Source: Cirrosporium novae-zelandiae
Taxonomy: Eukaryota
DNA: 64,000 bases
Assembly: GCA_026023565.1 (NCBI GenBank)
Contig: JAPETS010000016.1
Span: forward strand, 434,001-498,000
Direction of reading: 5' to 3'
Shown here: positions 39,203 to 50,699 of the stretch, one piece after another
Numbering within the stretch: the stretch's first letter is position 1
Layout of the letters: each line of letters begins with the position of its first letter
Made by a program: the position numbers and the translations under genes
The notes under the pieces: generated by a model
What the model was told of the DNA's origin: nothing
The model's input: only the letters and a program-made list of their open reading frames with translations
Database searches by the model: none

Positions 39203-40438
39203 ATGCCGCCACCAACATCTCGCCCTAGCGATTTCTATGATCTCTCTCGCTGTGGTACAGGCCAGATACTCGAATACCTCCGTCTCGCGATCGACTACGT
39301 GCATGAACATTGCCATGATCCTCCCGCCCACTGGGACCACCGGGACTGGGAGTACTACAGCGATGACGAGGAGTACTGTAACGATGACGAGGAGTGGACA
39401 GGCCCGGCAACGGCGAGGGATAGAGATGAGTCGCAGAACCAGGAGGTGGAAGTGAGAATGGGAGCTGCAGCCTATAGAGCAGCTAGGGAGAGAAACCAGG
39501 GTGAGGATGACATGGATGACATGGATGACATGGACGTCATCGAAGTGCTCCGAAGACAAATAAATCGCTTACGAATTGAGATCAGCGATGTACGACATGA
39601 GCGCCAGAGGCCCTCCCAAAGGTTTAGCAACGCAATTATAAACCATGACTGGGATCAACCCAGTGCTAGCAACCCCGTCGACGATGGTGTTTGGTATAAC
39701 GATGAGCGACCAGCAGAGGATCATTCAACTCCTAATAGGCTGGAAGAACCTGTATTTTCAATAGAAGAATCAGATCCATTCGTGAATACTACCCATGATG
39801 GTGTTCCGACCGTATGGTACCACTGGCAGGACATGATTCTATGGTCGCTAAGAGGCAATGTTGACGAGGTGAGGGATGAAATTCAAGATTTCTTTCGCTT
39901 TGAACCACCTATTAGCAGAGAATATATCCGTGAAAGACTTTTCGGTACAATTGAAAGAGTTTCCGAGCATCTCACATTCCTAGAACGGTATCTTCCTGGG
40001 GAAATTTGCACAATTCGACGAGCACGCGCCCGGCTCAATACAATTAGAGAAGATATCAATGAACAGGCAGTCCTAGATGGTGGCGAACCCGGTGACGTTG
40101 CCGTCTCATCTACCGATTCTGAGAATTCTGTTACTCCTCCCTGGCCTAACGAAAACCCACCAGATAGGTGGAATAGAGACGACGATGTCGAGTTGAATAT
40201 ATTACTAAGGGCTGGACGACCACCAGGAGCATTTGTGGGCCATCTAGGATCAAACATAGAGACAGCATGGATATCAAGTGAGAGAGTAAATCTGGAATGG
40301 TTGGCTATACGCATGGCACAGAGCCTACATTTGGGTATCACGGATCGCGAAGTGGCACTTGCGATTGAAACACAGGATATCAGAGAGATGGAAAATTCTT
40401 TTGTTTTGGAAGAGGAGAATGCTTTTGTTTCGGAATGA
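39203..40438 (+). CDS. Hypothetical acidic, lysine-free 411-aa protein
   Basis: Uninterrupted 1236-nt ORF with a good start context (CAAAATGC) in an otherwise AT-rich gap. No recognisable family. Confidence 0.8.
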   Translation: MPPPTSRPSDFYDLSRCGTGQILEYLRLAIDYVHEHCHDPPAHWDHRDWEYYSDDEEYCNDDEEWTGPATARDRDESQNQEVEVRMGAAAYRAARERNQGEDDMDDMDDMDVIEVLRRQINRLRIEISDVRHERQRPSQRFSNAIINHDWDQPSASNPVDDGVWYNDERPAEDHSTPNRLEEPVFSIEESDPFVNTTHDGVPTVWYHWQDMILWSLRGNVDEVRDEIQDFFRFEPPISREYIRERLFGTIERVSEHLTFLERYLPGEICTIRRARARLNTIREDINEQAVLDGGEPGDVAVSSTDSENSVTPPWPNENPPDRWNRDDDVELNILLRAGRPPGAFVGHLGSNIETAWISSERVNLEWLAIRMAQSLHLGITDREVALAIETQDIREMENSFVLEEENAFVSE

Positions 40439-41080
40439 TGATGAAATTGGTTTAACGGCATACAAGAATCAGAATGGGGCCTTTACGATTCTATGCAAAA
40501 CTGAAATTGGGTTATTGTTGCTGGTTTTTGCTGATTTTGTTAGTCTGTCCTCCCTAATTTTAGATATCGATACGCAGTAGTATTCTATCATTCCGGTCCT
40601 TGGGACAAAAAAGTTGTTGAAATGAAAGGACTTATGGCCTTTGGACTTCTCAGAAGTCACAATTTTTTTTTCCTTTTTCAAGAGGGTCCTCCCAAATGCT
40701 AGTAGGTGGGGAATACTCGCAGGTATCCTCTCCACCCAAAGGCCCGGAAGTACATAGAATGCTTCCAAATAATCTATCCTTCTGTATATTACGATGTCTT
40801 GGCAGAAATGTTAGATCTTTGCATCTCCTTTAGAACACCTTGATAGAAAACATACATGTTCCAGTCCATAGTTGCCCACCTCATTCTTGGGAATTGCATT
40901 TCCTTCAACCTTCGGTCTCTTGGAGAGCTTCCCCTTGGCTGATGTAGATCGTTAGGAAACGATGGTTAAGTACCTAGGTACCTACGTAGGTAGCATTGCA
41001 AACTCTGAAGGAAACTAGTCGGTTGTGTCCCAGTTCATACTTGATAGTGGATGTAGCCATTGACGATAGGCTAATACAGA

Positions 41081-42124
41081 TCATTTAGAAGCTGCCCTGG
41101 GTTTCGTAACTTTCACAATATTTAAATGATACTTGGGCTTGCACTTCATTGGCGGCAATTTCAAGGGCATCTTTATATTCATAAACCCCATAACAACCAC
41201 GCTCATCATCATATTCGAAACCCAATACTCCAGGATCGCAGTTGGCATTGCCACCATGATTGGGCCCATGGCGAAGCTCACCATGTACAGAGTTCGCGTT
41301 AAATATTTCTGGAGCCTGGTTCGGTCTCGTGTGCCCGTGAACCTCGTTGAAGAGAGGTAAACTGTTGTGATCATAGAGGCCGAAAGGAGAATTGGGAGTC
41401 CGAATGTATAGTCCATGGCGGTGAGGTTTTCGAACCAGAGAATACCTTCGGTGTACATAGATTCTTGAAAAGGGATAAGGCTGTGAGACAACATTTTTTC
41501 AGAATCGTTCATAGTCCAGCCCATAACCATGGAAAGTAATCCCTCCCTGAATCCGCACATTCGCCGGAGGGTATCTAATACCGCTATAAATATAGGTGAC
41601 TGCACCATGAAGGGAGCAAACAGCTTCCATCCCTGACAATTGTGGCGTTTGTAGAATATTTTCTGTTGTTTCTTGATTTCATCTTTAAACTTGGCCTCCA
41701 GAGCCTTTGGGTTCCTGGCTAAGTATTCATCTTTAAACAATTCCTTCTTCTTCAATTGAGCCCAGGCATTCATAACTGGCGCCACGTCTAATCTCTTCTG
41801 TGTCACTCTTCTGCTCATGATTTGCGGAAAGATAAATATGGTTCGGAGAATGACGGCCGTCAGCGGGAGGGATAATCCCCAACATAGGCCCGTCGCATCG
41901 TGGATACCGAGGACGAAGGTATATGACATAGTTAAGACGCCTGAAAGAATTTCGGGAACTTGCGTAAGAAGTTCTGGAGACCGTGCAGGTGGAGTGGCAT
42001 GGAAATTTCGAGCATTGAGTGGTAGAAGAATTGAAGCTCTCGGGGTCCACGAAGGAGCAAAAGCCGGATGACATAGTCGAGACTTCAATTGACAAGTCAA
42101 TCTGGGGGGATGAAAGGGCCGCAT
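41081..42124 (-). CDS. COX18: Mitochondrial inner-membrane insertase, Oxa1/YidC family (Cox18-like)
   Basis: Arg-rich presequence (RNFHAT), IHDATGLCWGLSLPLTAVILR, PFMVQSPIF, EGILWFENLTAMD, PTAILEYWVSN. Lacks the long ribosome-binding tail of Oxa1. Confidence 0.85.
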   Translation of the reverse strand: MRPFHPPRLTCQLKSRLCHPAFAPSWTPRASILLPLNARNFHATPPARSPELLTQVPEILSGVLTMSYTFVLGIHDATGLCWGLSLPLTAVILRTIFIFPQIMSRRVTQKRLDVAPVMNAWAQLKKKELFKDEYLARNPKALEAKFKDEIKKQQKIFYKRHNCQGWKLFAPFMVQSPIFIAVLDTLRRMCGFREGLLSMVMGWTMNDSEKMLSHSLIPFQESMYTEGILWFENLTAMDYTFGLPILLSASMITTVYLSSTRFTGTRDRTRLQKYLTRTLYMVSFAMGPIMVAMPTAILEYWVSNMMMSVVVMGFMNIKMPLKLPPMKCKPKYHLNIVKVTKPRAASK

Positions 42125-42676
42125 TAGGAATATAAACGAGAGAGAGGTTTGATATAATCGTAGTAATGTTTATGTATATATTGTTTAAAGTAGACTAAAG
42201 GTTGACGTAAATTTGGGATGGCGCCGTCGGATAAGGTAGGATAAAGCCGATCGGAATCAGGGCTGACATTTCAGGAACATTTCTATCTCCTGACTTAGAA
42301 TCCATCATCCCTTTTGTGTTGTATTGGTTTTTAGGGCTCTAACATTTTATTTAATTAGATAAGGTATGTATGAGTCCATTAGGATTTGCAAGTGATTAAA
42401 ATTTTTGAGGAAAAAGAGACATGTGTTCCTCAAATTGGAATTATGTTGTCAGCGGCTTTGAATGCTAAGGCAGCCCATAATACGGTATATACATGTTACC
42501 AATATCCACATATTGGCTAGTAAAGCTGCAATATAATAGATGCAGATCAATGTCTCGCCATGCCACACTCAGGAAAGTGTTACCATTCGACCTCTAACGC
42601 CTTTAGACATCCCATGGCAAACACCATTACTTGGTAGCCCCCAAGCATGTTACAGTAGAACCAGGTCTTGTACTAT

Positions 42677-44646
42677 TCATAGCTTCGACTTTGGTTCTGG
42701 TTCTGTAGCACTAGCTTCACGGTTTAAGACTACATTTCCACTCTTATCGCCTTCGCCGAAGAAGATGACCTCAACAGTTAGATCATCCCTATATTCAAAA
42801 TTAATCAAATGCTCTTTGATGGTTTAGGGAGTATACACACCTGTATCGCCGAGAGAAAGGACTTGGTAAGGTCAGCAATGCACAAAGCATATCCTGATCT
42901 TTACCACCCAAAGCATTTCTAACCAAATGAGTTGCAGCATTCTTATCCTTGATAACGAATCTATCTTCGGCTCCAGGAACTGACCATTGCTGCTGCCTAA
43001 TAGGAGCTCTTTGGCCGCTCTCATCTTGTTGTTTCATATCTTTCGAAATTGGTAGACCATTGTTCGAGTCGCCTGAAAGCCAACCAGGTAGCCAAGAGTT
43101 CTTACGGCTAGTAGCACCGGGCCCCTCGGTTTCCAGCCATTGTCCGACCAGACCAATAGCCTCCTCATTGGTAAGCATTTCCCATAACCCATCTGAAGCC
43201 ATGACTATAAAATCACCATTCTTAGGCTCTATCTTGGTAGTAGTGACAACAGGTTCTGCTGTTACATAGGGAGGAGATCTTAAAGCATTGAATGGGGTCC
43301 GTGCGAAAAATGATCTCTTGAGCTTTTCTTGGGTTTCCCGAGACCATTTGTATACGGCATCTCCGAATGCTCGAGTAGGTTGGAGACCACCAAGAACGCG
43401 ACCTTTAGAAACAACAACGCGTTCTTCGCCGGGATGTTCACGACGAAGTCTCTCGATTTCGGAAGGAGTATCACCAGTTTGGTCTTCAGATAAGGGAATG
43501 GCCATCCATTTACCATCAGGGCCACGACGTCCAAGAACGGCACGAGCATCACCAGTGCAGGCAACTCTGAGGTTCTTTGAATGGCTATCATAGAATGAAA
43601 GCAGTGCAACTGATCCAGACAGGGCAGGAGCTAGCAACTCGGCGGCAACCAGTTTGGTATTGGCTTTCATAACCTTTTCTACACTTTGATAGACAATTTC
43701 GTCATCGAGGCGAGTGAACCCCTTCTTAATAGCGGCATCAATAGCCTCTGGGCTGGGCATAGTTTCTGAAGGATTAGTGACGGCAGATTTGTAGGCCGAA
43801 TTAAGCTCTCGGACAACAAAAGATATCAAGACCTCGCGAAGTTTTGCAGAGGTAGTCCATCCACTACATGATGGTCAGTTCTATAAGGAACATATCTCAC
43901 GAGAAGACCGACCTGTGCCCATCATAGACTCCCCAAAACATCCAATCGCTGCTCGGCGACCCATCGGTGGGTGCAATGGCTGAGGGAACTTCGACGATTT
44001 TCTCGGCATGATCATCTTCAATCGGATCATTACTTGGGATCTGAACTACATCGTAACGGACTACCCCTCTTCCTCGCCCTACCAAGTATGATTCTTCATT
44101 TCTTCGTAATCTTTCGGTTGCTTGTTCTGGTGTCAACATCTCAACCGTCTTCCTACCAGAGTCGTCAGTCTCTTTAGAAAGAGGTCCGTCACCAACAATA
44201 TCTCCCGTATATATCTGGTTGTCATCCACAACTAGAGCTCGGCGAGTTGATTTGGCGGCCTCGTCCTTACTGGCGGAGTTAGGCGGTGCTTGGGAGGAGG
44301 TAGAATAAATTATTGGAGACGACAGACTTCTAGAGGATGTCGAAAATTTGGCGATTGAGGTATTGTTTGCAGATTGTAGGCTATCGCCTTCACCTGGAGG
44401 GATGCCTTTGTATGCGAACCAGGCACCAGACGCGACGAGCGTCGAGATGAGTGCTACTGAAAAGTTTCGGACGTACATGGAAGACTGTAATATTTTCCTT
44501 TGGCCATGCTTTGGCGGCTGCCAAAATGATGCCGATCGAAAGCCTAGATATTCATGTGTGAATTGAGGTATTTGACTGCGACTAAGGACCTTCGTGAAAC
44601 CACTAAAACGAGCTGTGCGTATCGCTTGGATAGCCGCTCGCCGCAT
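42677..44646 (-). CDS. PTC5: PP2C-type pyruvate dehydrogenase phosphatase-like protein (Ptc5)
   Basis: Presequence plus TM, SNDPIED, GVYDGH, ACTGDARAVLG, GGLQPTRAFGD, MASDGLWE, RDDLTV. Two introns; the last exon ends EPKSKL*. Confidence 0.93.
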
Positions 44647-45029
44647 TGGAAATGAAGGTCAAGGTGACATGCAAAGGAGTGACAGGAATATTTCAAGACA
44701 TGAAGGATTGATAGATTTATAAGTGGGATTTAGAGAATGAAGTAGAGTTGGTGTTCTTTTAACTCTATTAATACCATGTATTGAACCGTGTAACTTACTT
44801 GGTCAACTTACGGAGGGCGCGAGAACAAATGCGGCAGGTGGTCGTTGAGTCAAGGCCCCAAGGCGGTGGCAGAATGAATTATTAGAATTACAGTGACTGC
44901 GTCATTCCTAATAATCAGCGAACCACATCACAGTTGATTTAATCATTATTTTATACAGTAAAACACTGAAGTCTCTTTCAACTATAAGCTCATATCCCAT
45001 GATACAAAATAAACCACTACGAAACCGCC

Positions 45030-47513
45030 ATGTCGTCTCGTGCTCTTAGAAAATTACAGCGACAAAAAGAACAAGAAAGGCTAGCGAAACTAGAAGAAGC
45101 CGAGGCAAATGATGCATTAGAAGATGAAGAAGAGGAACCACAGGCAAATAGTCAAGGAAATTTCTTCGATATGCTGATGGGAACTACACAACAAGATTCG
45201 GAAAACTCGGAGCATTCAGAAAAAGAAAGCGAAGAGGAGGTTAAAGAGCAAATAAATAATAATGAAGTCGACCCGAAACCCTCACATCCTTCCGAGAAGA
45301 AAAAGAGGAAGAAGAAGAAAAATAAGAAGCAGAAAGAGAAGGCTACCGAAAATAGAGCTGCAAAAAAAGAGAAGGGAAATGTCGACGAGATTGATCTGGC
45401 CTTACAAGAGCTTGCCCTGAAGTCAAAGCAACTCGATTCTACTACAACAAAGTCTACACCTACGTATAATGACAACGAGTGGTATAGTCTTTTATCAGTC
45501 GACTCACGGAACCTTGATCCACTAAATGAAATGAAACGATTGTTTGGCAGTGAGGTGGTTAACTCTGACCAAGAATCTCCAAGTGCTGGAACGCCCAACA
45601 GCAGGCGGAGAGGGAGAGTACAACATCTGGACCTGGCAGGAGCTCTTGCTGGACGTAACAGTCCCATTAATCGGGGCCAGGTTCTTTCAGGACTTGCTCT
45701 TCGGAAAAATGTATTTGTTCGAGGAAAAGACGACTGGCCACAAGGTACGGGAGGTGGATTAGGCATGGAAATGGTGCGCAAGAATGAAGATGGTTCAATT
45801 CTGTTCAAATTCGTGCACAATTCTGTATATAATGATGTGCAACGCCAATTTGGGACTTGCGTTGAATCTATGGATCCCGAAAGACTTATCCACCTCCTCG
45901 TCTTCAACCCGTATCATGTTTCTACACTTTTACAGGTCTCGGAAGTCGCAAAACACCAGGGAGACCACTCTGTTGCTGGCGATTTACTAGAACGTGCTCT
46001 CTTCACATTTGGACGGTCAACATCATCTTCTTTCGCGAGTGCCCTTCACGAGGGTAAGGCTCGTATGAATTTTGATATTTTCGAAAATAGAGAATTCTGG
46101 CTTGCGGCATGGCGCTATTTAAATAACCTCGGTATGCGAGGAACATGGAGAACCGCATATGAATGGGCGAAACTCCTATTAAGCCTTGATCCAACCGACC
46201 CTTATCGAGTTGATCTCATTATTGATCAGCTTGCTATTCGTGGTGGTCAATATGACCATTTTGTCAAGCTGGAAATGGCTGGCCCTCACCTTCTACCCCA
46301 TTACCCTATTTTAAATATCCAAATCTCCCTTCCTCTTGCTCTACATAAATTGGGCGATGCACGTTGTCGGTATGAGCTAGAAAGGGCCATTAAGGTATGG
46401 CCATGGGTATTTACTCGTCTATGTCAGGAGCTTAATCTTGAACCAATTCCGAAAGCTATCTGGGGTAAACAACCTCCCAATAACGATGCAAACTTGTTTT
46501 GCGAGCTCTATGTCCAACGAGCGAAAGACATTTGGAATACCCCCGAAGCCACTTCTCTTTTGATGGAAGTAGCAAACCGTGTCGACCAGAAGGACACGGG
46601 GAAACAAAAACCCCCTAAAGAGCGACCAGATCTAAACGTCGCTCGTCACCTCATGCTGACTGAAGATCGCAAACTTATGGCCCTCCTACCACCTTCCCTT
46701 TCTCACCGCGAAATATCCGCCTCAGATCCTTTCCCGCCAAGCGAACAACAATCACAGCCCCAACGCTTCTTTACAAATGAAATAATTCCTCCTCTTCCCC
46801 AGGGCGAACCTCCACAGTATCAAGGTAATATAGACGAAGCGGGCGAACCAGCAGCTGATGCCTCGTCAGTAGCCAACCTTATCCGAAACGCGATGAATTG
46901 GCTGCGGCCCGTTTTGGGCACACCAGATGTATTGGGGGGTTCTCAAGGCGACGGTGAAGCCTCGATGGAACGAGCCGAAGATGAAAACGAAAACGAAGGC
47001 GAAGCAGATAGCGATGCTATCGCATCACCCCTCCGCCCTACCGATGCTAATGAAGAAGAACGAGCGATGCTGCTCGCACGGATGGAACAACTCCTCGAAG
47101 CCGAAGCCCGCCTCCGCCAAGAACAGCACCAACGACTGTATGGAAACGAGGAGAACGAAGCCGAAAACGAAATGGACACAGAATCCATAGACCCTGACTA
47201 CGACACTGCGCCTCGAAGTGTAGAAGAACTTGAACAACGCCATCAGCACTGGCTGGCCGGCCGTGGCATGCTTGCTCTTCGTGACTTTACGGCTCAGCAT
47301 GGAACGGATGAGTCAAAATGGCCTGTGGACCTTGACTACGATATCGTCCTCAAGTATGCGGATCGGTTGCAAGGATTAGAAAGCCGACAGGCTAGAGACT
47401 TTATACTTAAATATTCGCTCACGCAGGGAACATCGAGGGATGTGAGCGCGCTGGTGAGGAGGGTGTTGGATGATGAAGAAGAGTTTGAAAGAAATGTGGG
47501 GAGTGTGGTGTGA
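45030..47513 (+). CDS. RQC1: Ribosome quality control complex subunit Rqc1 / TCF25
   Basis: MSSRALRKLQ start, polybasic KKKRKKKKNKK tract, NPYHVSTLLQVSE, DLLERALF, ENREFW, RGTWRTAYEWAKLLLSLDP. Confidence 0.93.
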   Translation: MSSRALRKLQRQKEQERLAKLEEAEANDALEDEEEEPQANSQGNFFDMLMGTTQQDSENSEHSEKESEEEVKEQINNNEVDPKPSHPSEKKKRKKKKNKKQKEKATENRAAKKEKGNVDEIDLALQELALKSKQLDSTTTKSTPTYNDNEWYSLLSVDSRNLDPLNEMKRLFGSEVVNSDQESPSAGTPNSRRRGRVQHLDLAGALAGRNSPINRGQVLSGLALRKNVFVRGKDDWPQGTGGGLGMEMVRKNEDGSILFKFVHNSVYNDVQRQFGTCVESMDPERLIHLLVFNPYHVSTLLQVSEVAKHQGDHSVAGDLLERALFTFGRSTSSSFASALHEGKARMNFDIFENREFWLAAWRYLNNLGMRGTWRTAYEWAKLLLSLDPTDPYRVDLIIDQLAIRGGQYDHFVKLEMAGPHLLPHYPILNIQISLPLALHKLGDARCRYELERAIKVWPWVFTRLCQELNLEPIPKAIWGKQPPNNDANLFCELYVQRAKDIWNTPEATSLLMEVANRVDQKDTGKQKPPKERPDLNVARHLMLTEDRKLMALLPPSLSHREISASDPFPPSEQQSQPQRFFTNEIIPPLPQGEPPQYQGNIDEAGEPAADASSVANLIRNAMNWLRPVLGTPDVLGGSQGDGEASMERAEDENENEGEADSDAIASPLRPTDANEEERAMLLARMEQLLEAEARLRQEQHQRLYGNEENEAENEMDTESIDPDYDTAPRSVEELEQRHQHWLAGRGMLALRDFTAQHGTDESKWPVDLDYDIVLKYADRLQGLESRQARDFILKYSLTQGTSRDVSALVRRVLDDEEEFERNVGSVV

Positions 47514-47939
47514 TTGATTGATTGACAAAACGAAAATAATACAAGGTTTCGGTTTTCTGTATTCTGGGGAAAATAAAATGCTAGGAAAGAAGCGGTTGAT
47601 GACATTATCATTAATGATAATTCATCATATTGTCCATATGCTACTCTTGGGCTATAGACAATCGTTGTGACATTATCATCAAATTATATAGCTTACGTTC
47701 ATCATGTCCTCCCATTCTCCTAAATTTAATCCAAAGGGTTTTCCTAGTTACCGAACCTTCACCTTTATATTTATGTATATATGTAGATATCCCGTATGTA
47801 CTGTAAATATTCTTAATCGACGCCTAGATATAGAACCAATTTAGTCATAAACTATCTACCCCCTAAACCCAAACCACCCTCACACCCACCCACTCACCAA
47901 AAAAAAACCAAAAACCAATCACCAACTACAACACATGCA

Positions 47940-48072
47940 TGCTTGAACCGTGAATCGAACACGGATCTCCTGCTAACACTTACTTAGGTTACAAAGCCCA
48001 AAGTAAGCTTAAATTATTTAAGCCTCTCCTCAAAATGGAAGGCAGGAATTCTAACCATTGAACCATTCAAGC
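47940..48072 (-). tRNA. tRNA-Gly(TCC) with a long (about 61 nt) intron
   Basis: Minus strand reads GCTTGAA-TG-GTTC-AATGGTTA-GAAT-T-CCTGC-CT-TCC-A-[intron]-A-GCAGG-AGAT-CCGTG-TTCGATT-CACGG-TTCAAGC-A. Confidence 0.92.
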
Positions 48073-48648
48073 GAAAACGAGCCAAGTTGCGTTTTTTTTA
48101 ATTGGTTGGATTTGTTTTTTAGGGTCGGGTTTGAGGGTTATATATTTTAGTGGGGGGGGGGGGGGTTATGCAATTTATTGTTGGTGATCGGTGGGGCTGG
48201 GCATTTTTTTTATTGGGTGTGTTTGGGGGAGAGAGGGAGGTGTGTGTATGTGTGTTTAGGTTGGGGTTTGGATTTATGTTGATGGGTTGTTTATTATTTA
48301 TTTGTAATGCTGAGTATATGGCCACGACGGGGTTGCTTGTAGCTCGACCTGTCTTTTATGTATAACTCAACATATGTATGGCAATGGGATGTCTTGGTTT
48401 TTAGTGAGGGTTCTGTTACAGGAAGAAAGTGGGCAGAAGGGATTGGATTATTAGCATCCTGAGTCAAAGATCCATACTGGTAATATAGGATAGGTAATTT
48501 AGTTAAATATAAAATAGCCTTGAGCGAGATAGACGTTTTAATCCCAATCATAAACGACAGGCGACTGTGTTCTCGCTCCTATATACTATGTCATATCGGG
48601 CTATTATCCAGGAATGTTGCCGTCGTTTGGTAACCCAACACAGAGAAC

Positions 48649-49774
48649 TTAGTTGATATCCTTAAAATGTGGCGCCTTGGCTATATACTCCTTCCAGGTC
48701 GTCAAAGGTTCGGAGGCGTACTGGAGCACGGTGTTAGTTGAATTGTTAAATTGAAAAAGACCTATGTGATGACTTTACCTTCTGGGATTCTTCTAGAGGG
48801 GCCCCTCCATAGTATCCATACTTATCAAAGTACACAAGCATCTCACAAAAATCATTTTGGACCGGTTCTGGCATGCCAGACATTGCCAGAAATCCCTTAA
48901 ACGTTTCCTCGGGAAGCTGAGCGTAGTGCGCGCCTTTACCCGCATTGGGCTTCACCTCGGTGAATTCCTTCATCACCTGCTCGGGTGTCCAGTACCCGCC
49001 AGCGGCATAGACTTGCTTTCCGAGAGATTTTTCGCGGTTGAGGAGGATACCCTTGACGAATTTTCCCGCGTCGTCGACGGTGTCAAGGAGAGCGAACTTG
49101 GAGTTAGGAGCAGCGGGTGTCATCCAGACATACTCGTGTTGCTCGGATTGTGGGTTTGGTTTTATCATATCGGCGAGACTAGACATATACATTGCGGGCA
49201 TAAAGAAGGTTGCGGGAATACCGATGGAGCGGATGTATTCTTCGACTAAGGCTTTGGAATCGAAGTGGTGAACGCCCGTGATTTTTCCATTAGTGACTTT
49301 AGTTGTAGTGTTAGAGGTGGTTCCTGTCAGAGATTTAGGGATAGAATATACATTTGGTAACATTGAAGAGGGAGCTGTAGACCATATGTTGCACTCTGAC
49401 TTCTTTGGCAACGTCTGCAATGTTTTTTCCTTGTTGGGTTTCTTCCTCTTTGTCCATCTTTGCCCAGTAGTCTGTTACTGCATAGACTGCATAGGCACCA
49501 GCCAGCGCTTTTCGAAGAGACTCCTTGTCGTTTACATCACCCTATAGGATATTTAGAACCTGGAGACGTATAGTCAGGGAGGAGAGAGACCTACAGTCAC
49601 ACATTCGACGCCTTTCTCCTCTAGAGCCTTTGCTTTTGGCTTCGAAGGGTCTCTGGTGATTGCTCGGAGTTTGAACTCATTGCTAGCCTTGGGATCGGAG
49701 AGAATGGCTTTAATCACGGAACCTCCTTGGACACCAGTGGCACCAAACACAACAAGAAGCTTCTGGGAAGACAT
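48649..49774 (-). CDS. NmrA-like / HSCARG-type NAD(P)-binding protein
   Basis: VVFGATGVQGGSV Rossmann motif, AITRDPS, GAYAVYAVTDYW, HFDSKA, DAGKFVKGIL. Three introns. Confidence 0.92.
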
Positions 49775-50699
49775 GGCTGTAATTGAAGTTATATGGAAAG
49801 AGAAGATTGGGTCTGGAGACTATTTAAATGTTAAAGACTGGTTAAGTTGCAATTGAATGGACAGGACTGATACTGAGAAAATGAGAAGGGAAGAGGGGCT
49901 CTTTTATCCGTCTCTGCCATACAAAAGACCTTGAGCATTTCAGCCCGGGTATACCATGCATGCTTCGGTGAAACGTCTTCGTCATGAACTTCAGATGTTC
50001 GGGTCACTCGTTCGTTCAAGCTCTCCGAGACAATCTCCAACCATTACATAAGTTGGAGGAAGATCATAGCATGCATAACCACATATGGACGCGTGCAGTG
50101 TACACTTTGAGTAACAACGGAAGTATCTCTCAACCATGGCCCCGACGACCGACATTGATGTTGATAATCACCCAAACTAAACCTAGATAGGCAATGCTGC
50201 TTTCTCCCAAAAAGGGAAATCCAAGAAACCAGAGCCTCATCCACTATTCAAGAAGACTATTGTGCAGAAGCTGAGGAATCAAATTGACGTTAGAGAGAAT
50301 AGAGAGAGTTCAGGGTTCAAGGAACCTTTTAAAGGAAAATGATTATCTAGTTTTAATGAAAATAGGAAGACTGTAGAATCCCATATAACAATAGCCTTTC
50401 TCTATTAAATAATTAATTAGATGGAGTAATAGTCAGGTATTATTTGGATTCTTGAAATAGATAGTGAATAATATGTTTGACCATGGAAGCTTCTCGTTTA
50501 TGCTTAGTTATTGGTGTACAAACAGCCCGGACTTTTGTTAATGCGTATTCATAAATGGATGACTGAGGTATCAACTGACGTTCTAGTCAACTCCAAGATG
50601 CACCTCATTATCCAGACACAACCTAAAACAACTTTCTACAAACGACATCTTTTTACTTCATACTAAAGTCCATATTCAAGGACCCATAGACCTTAAAAG

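Noticed and set aside
39883..40461. 192-aa antisense ORF inside the lysine-free gene (similar ones at 45152-45907 and 52810-53379)
   Set aside because: Shadow ORFs expected from the codon usage of the sense-strand genes.
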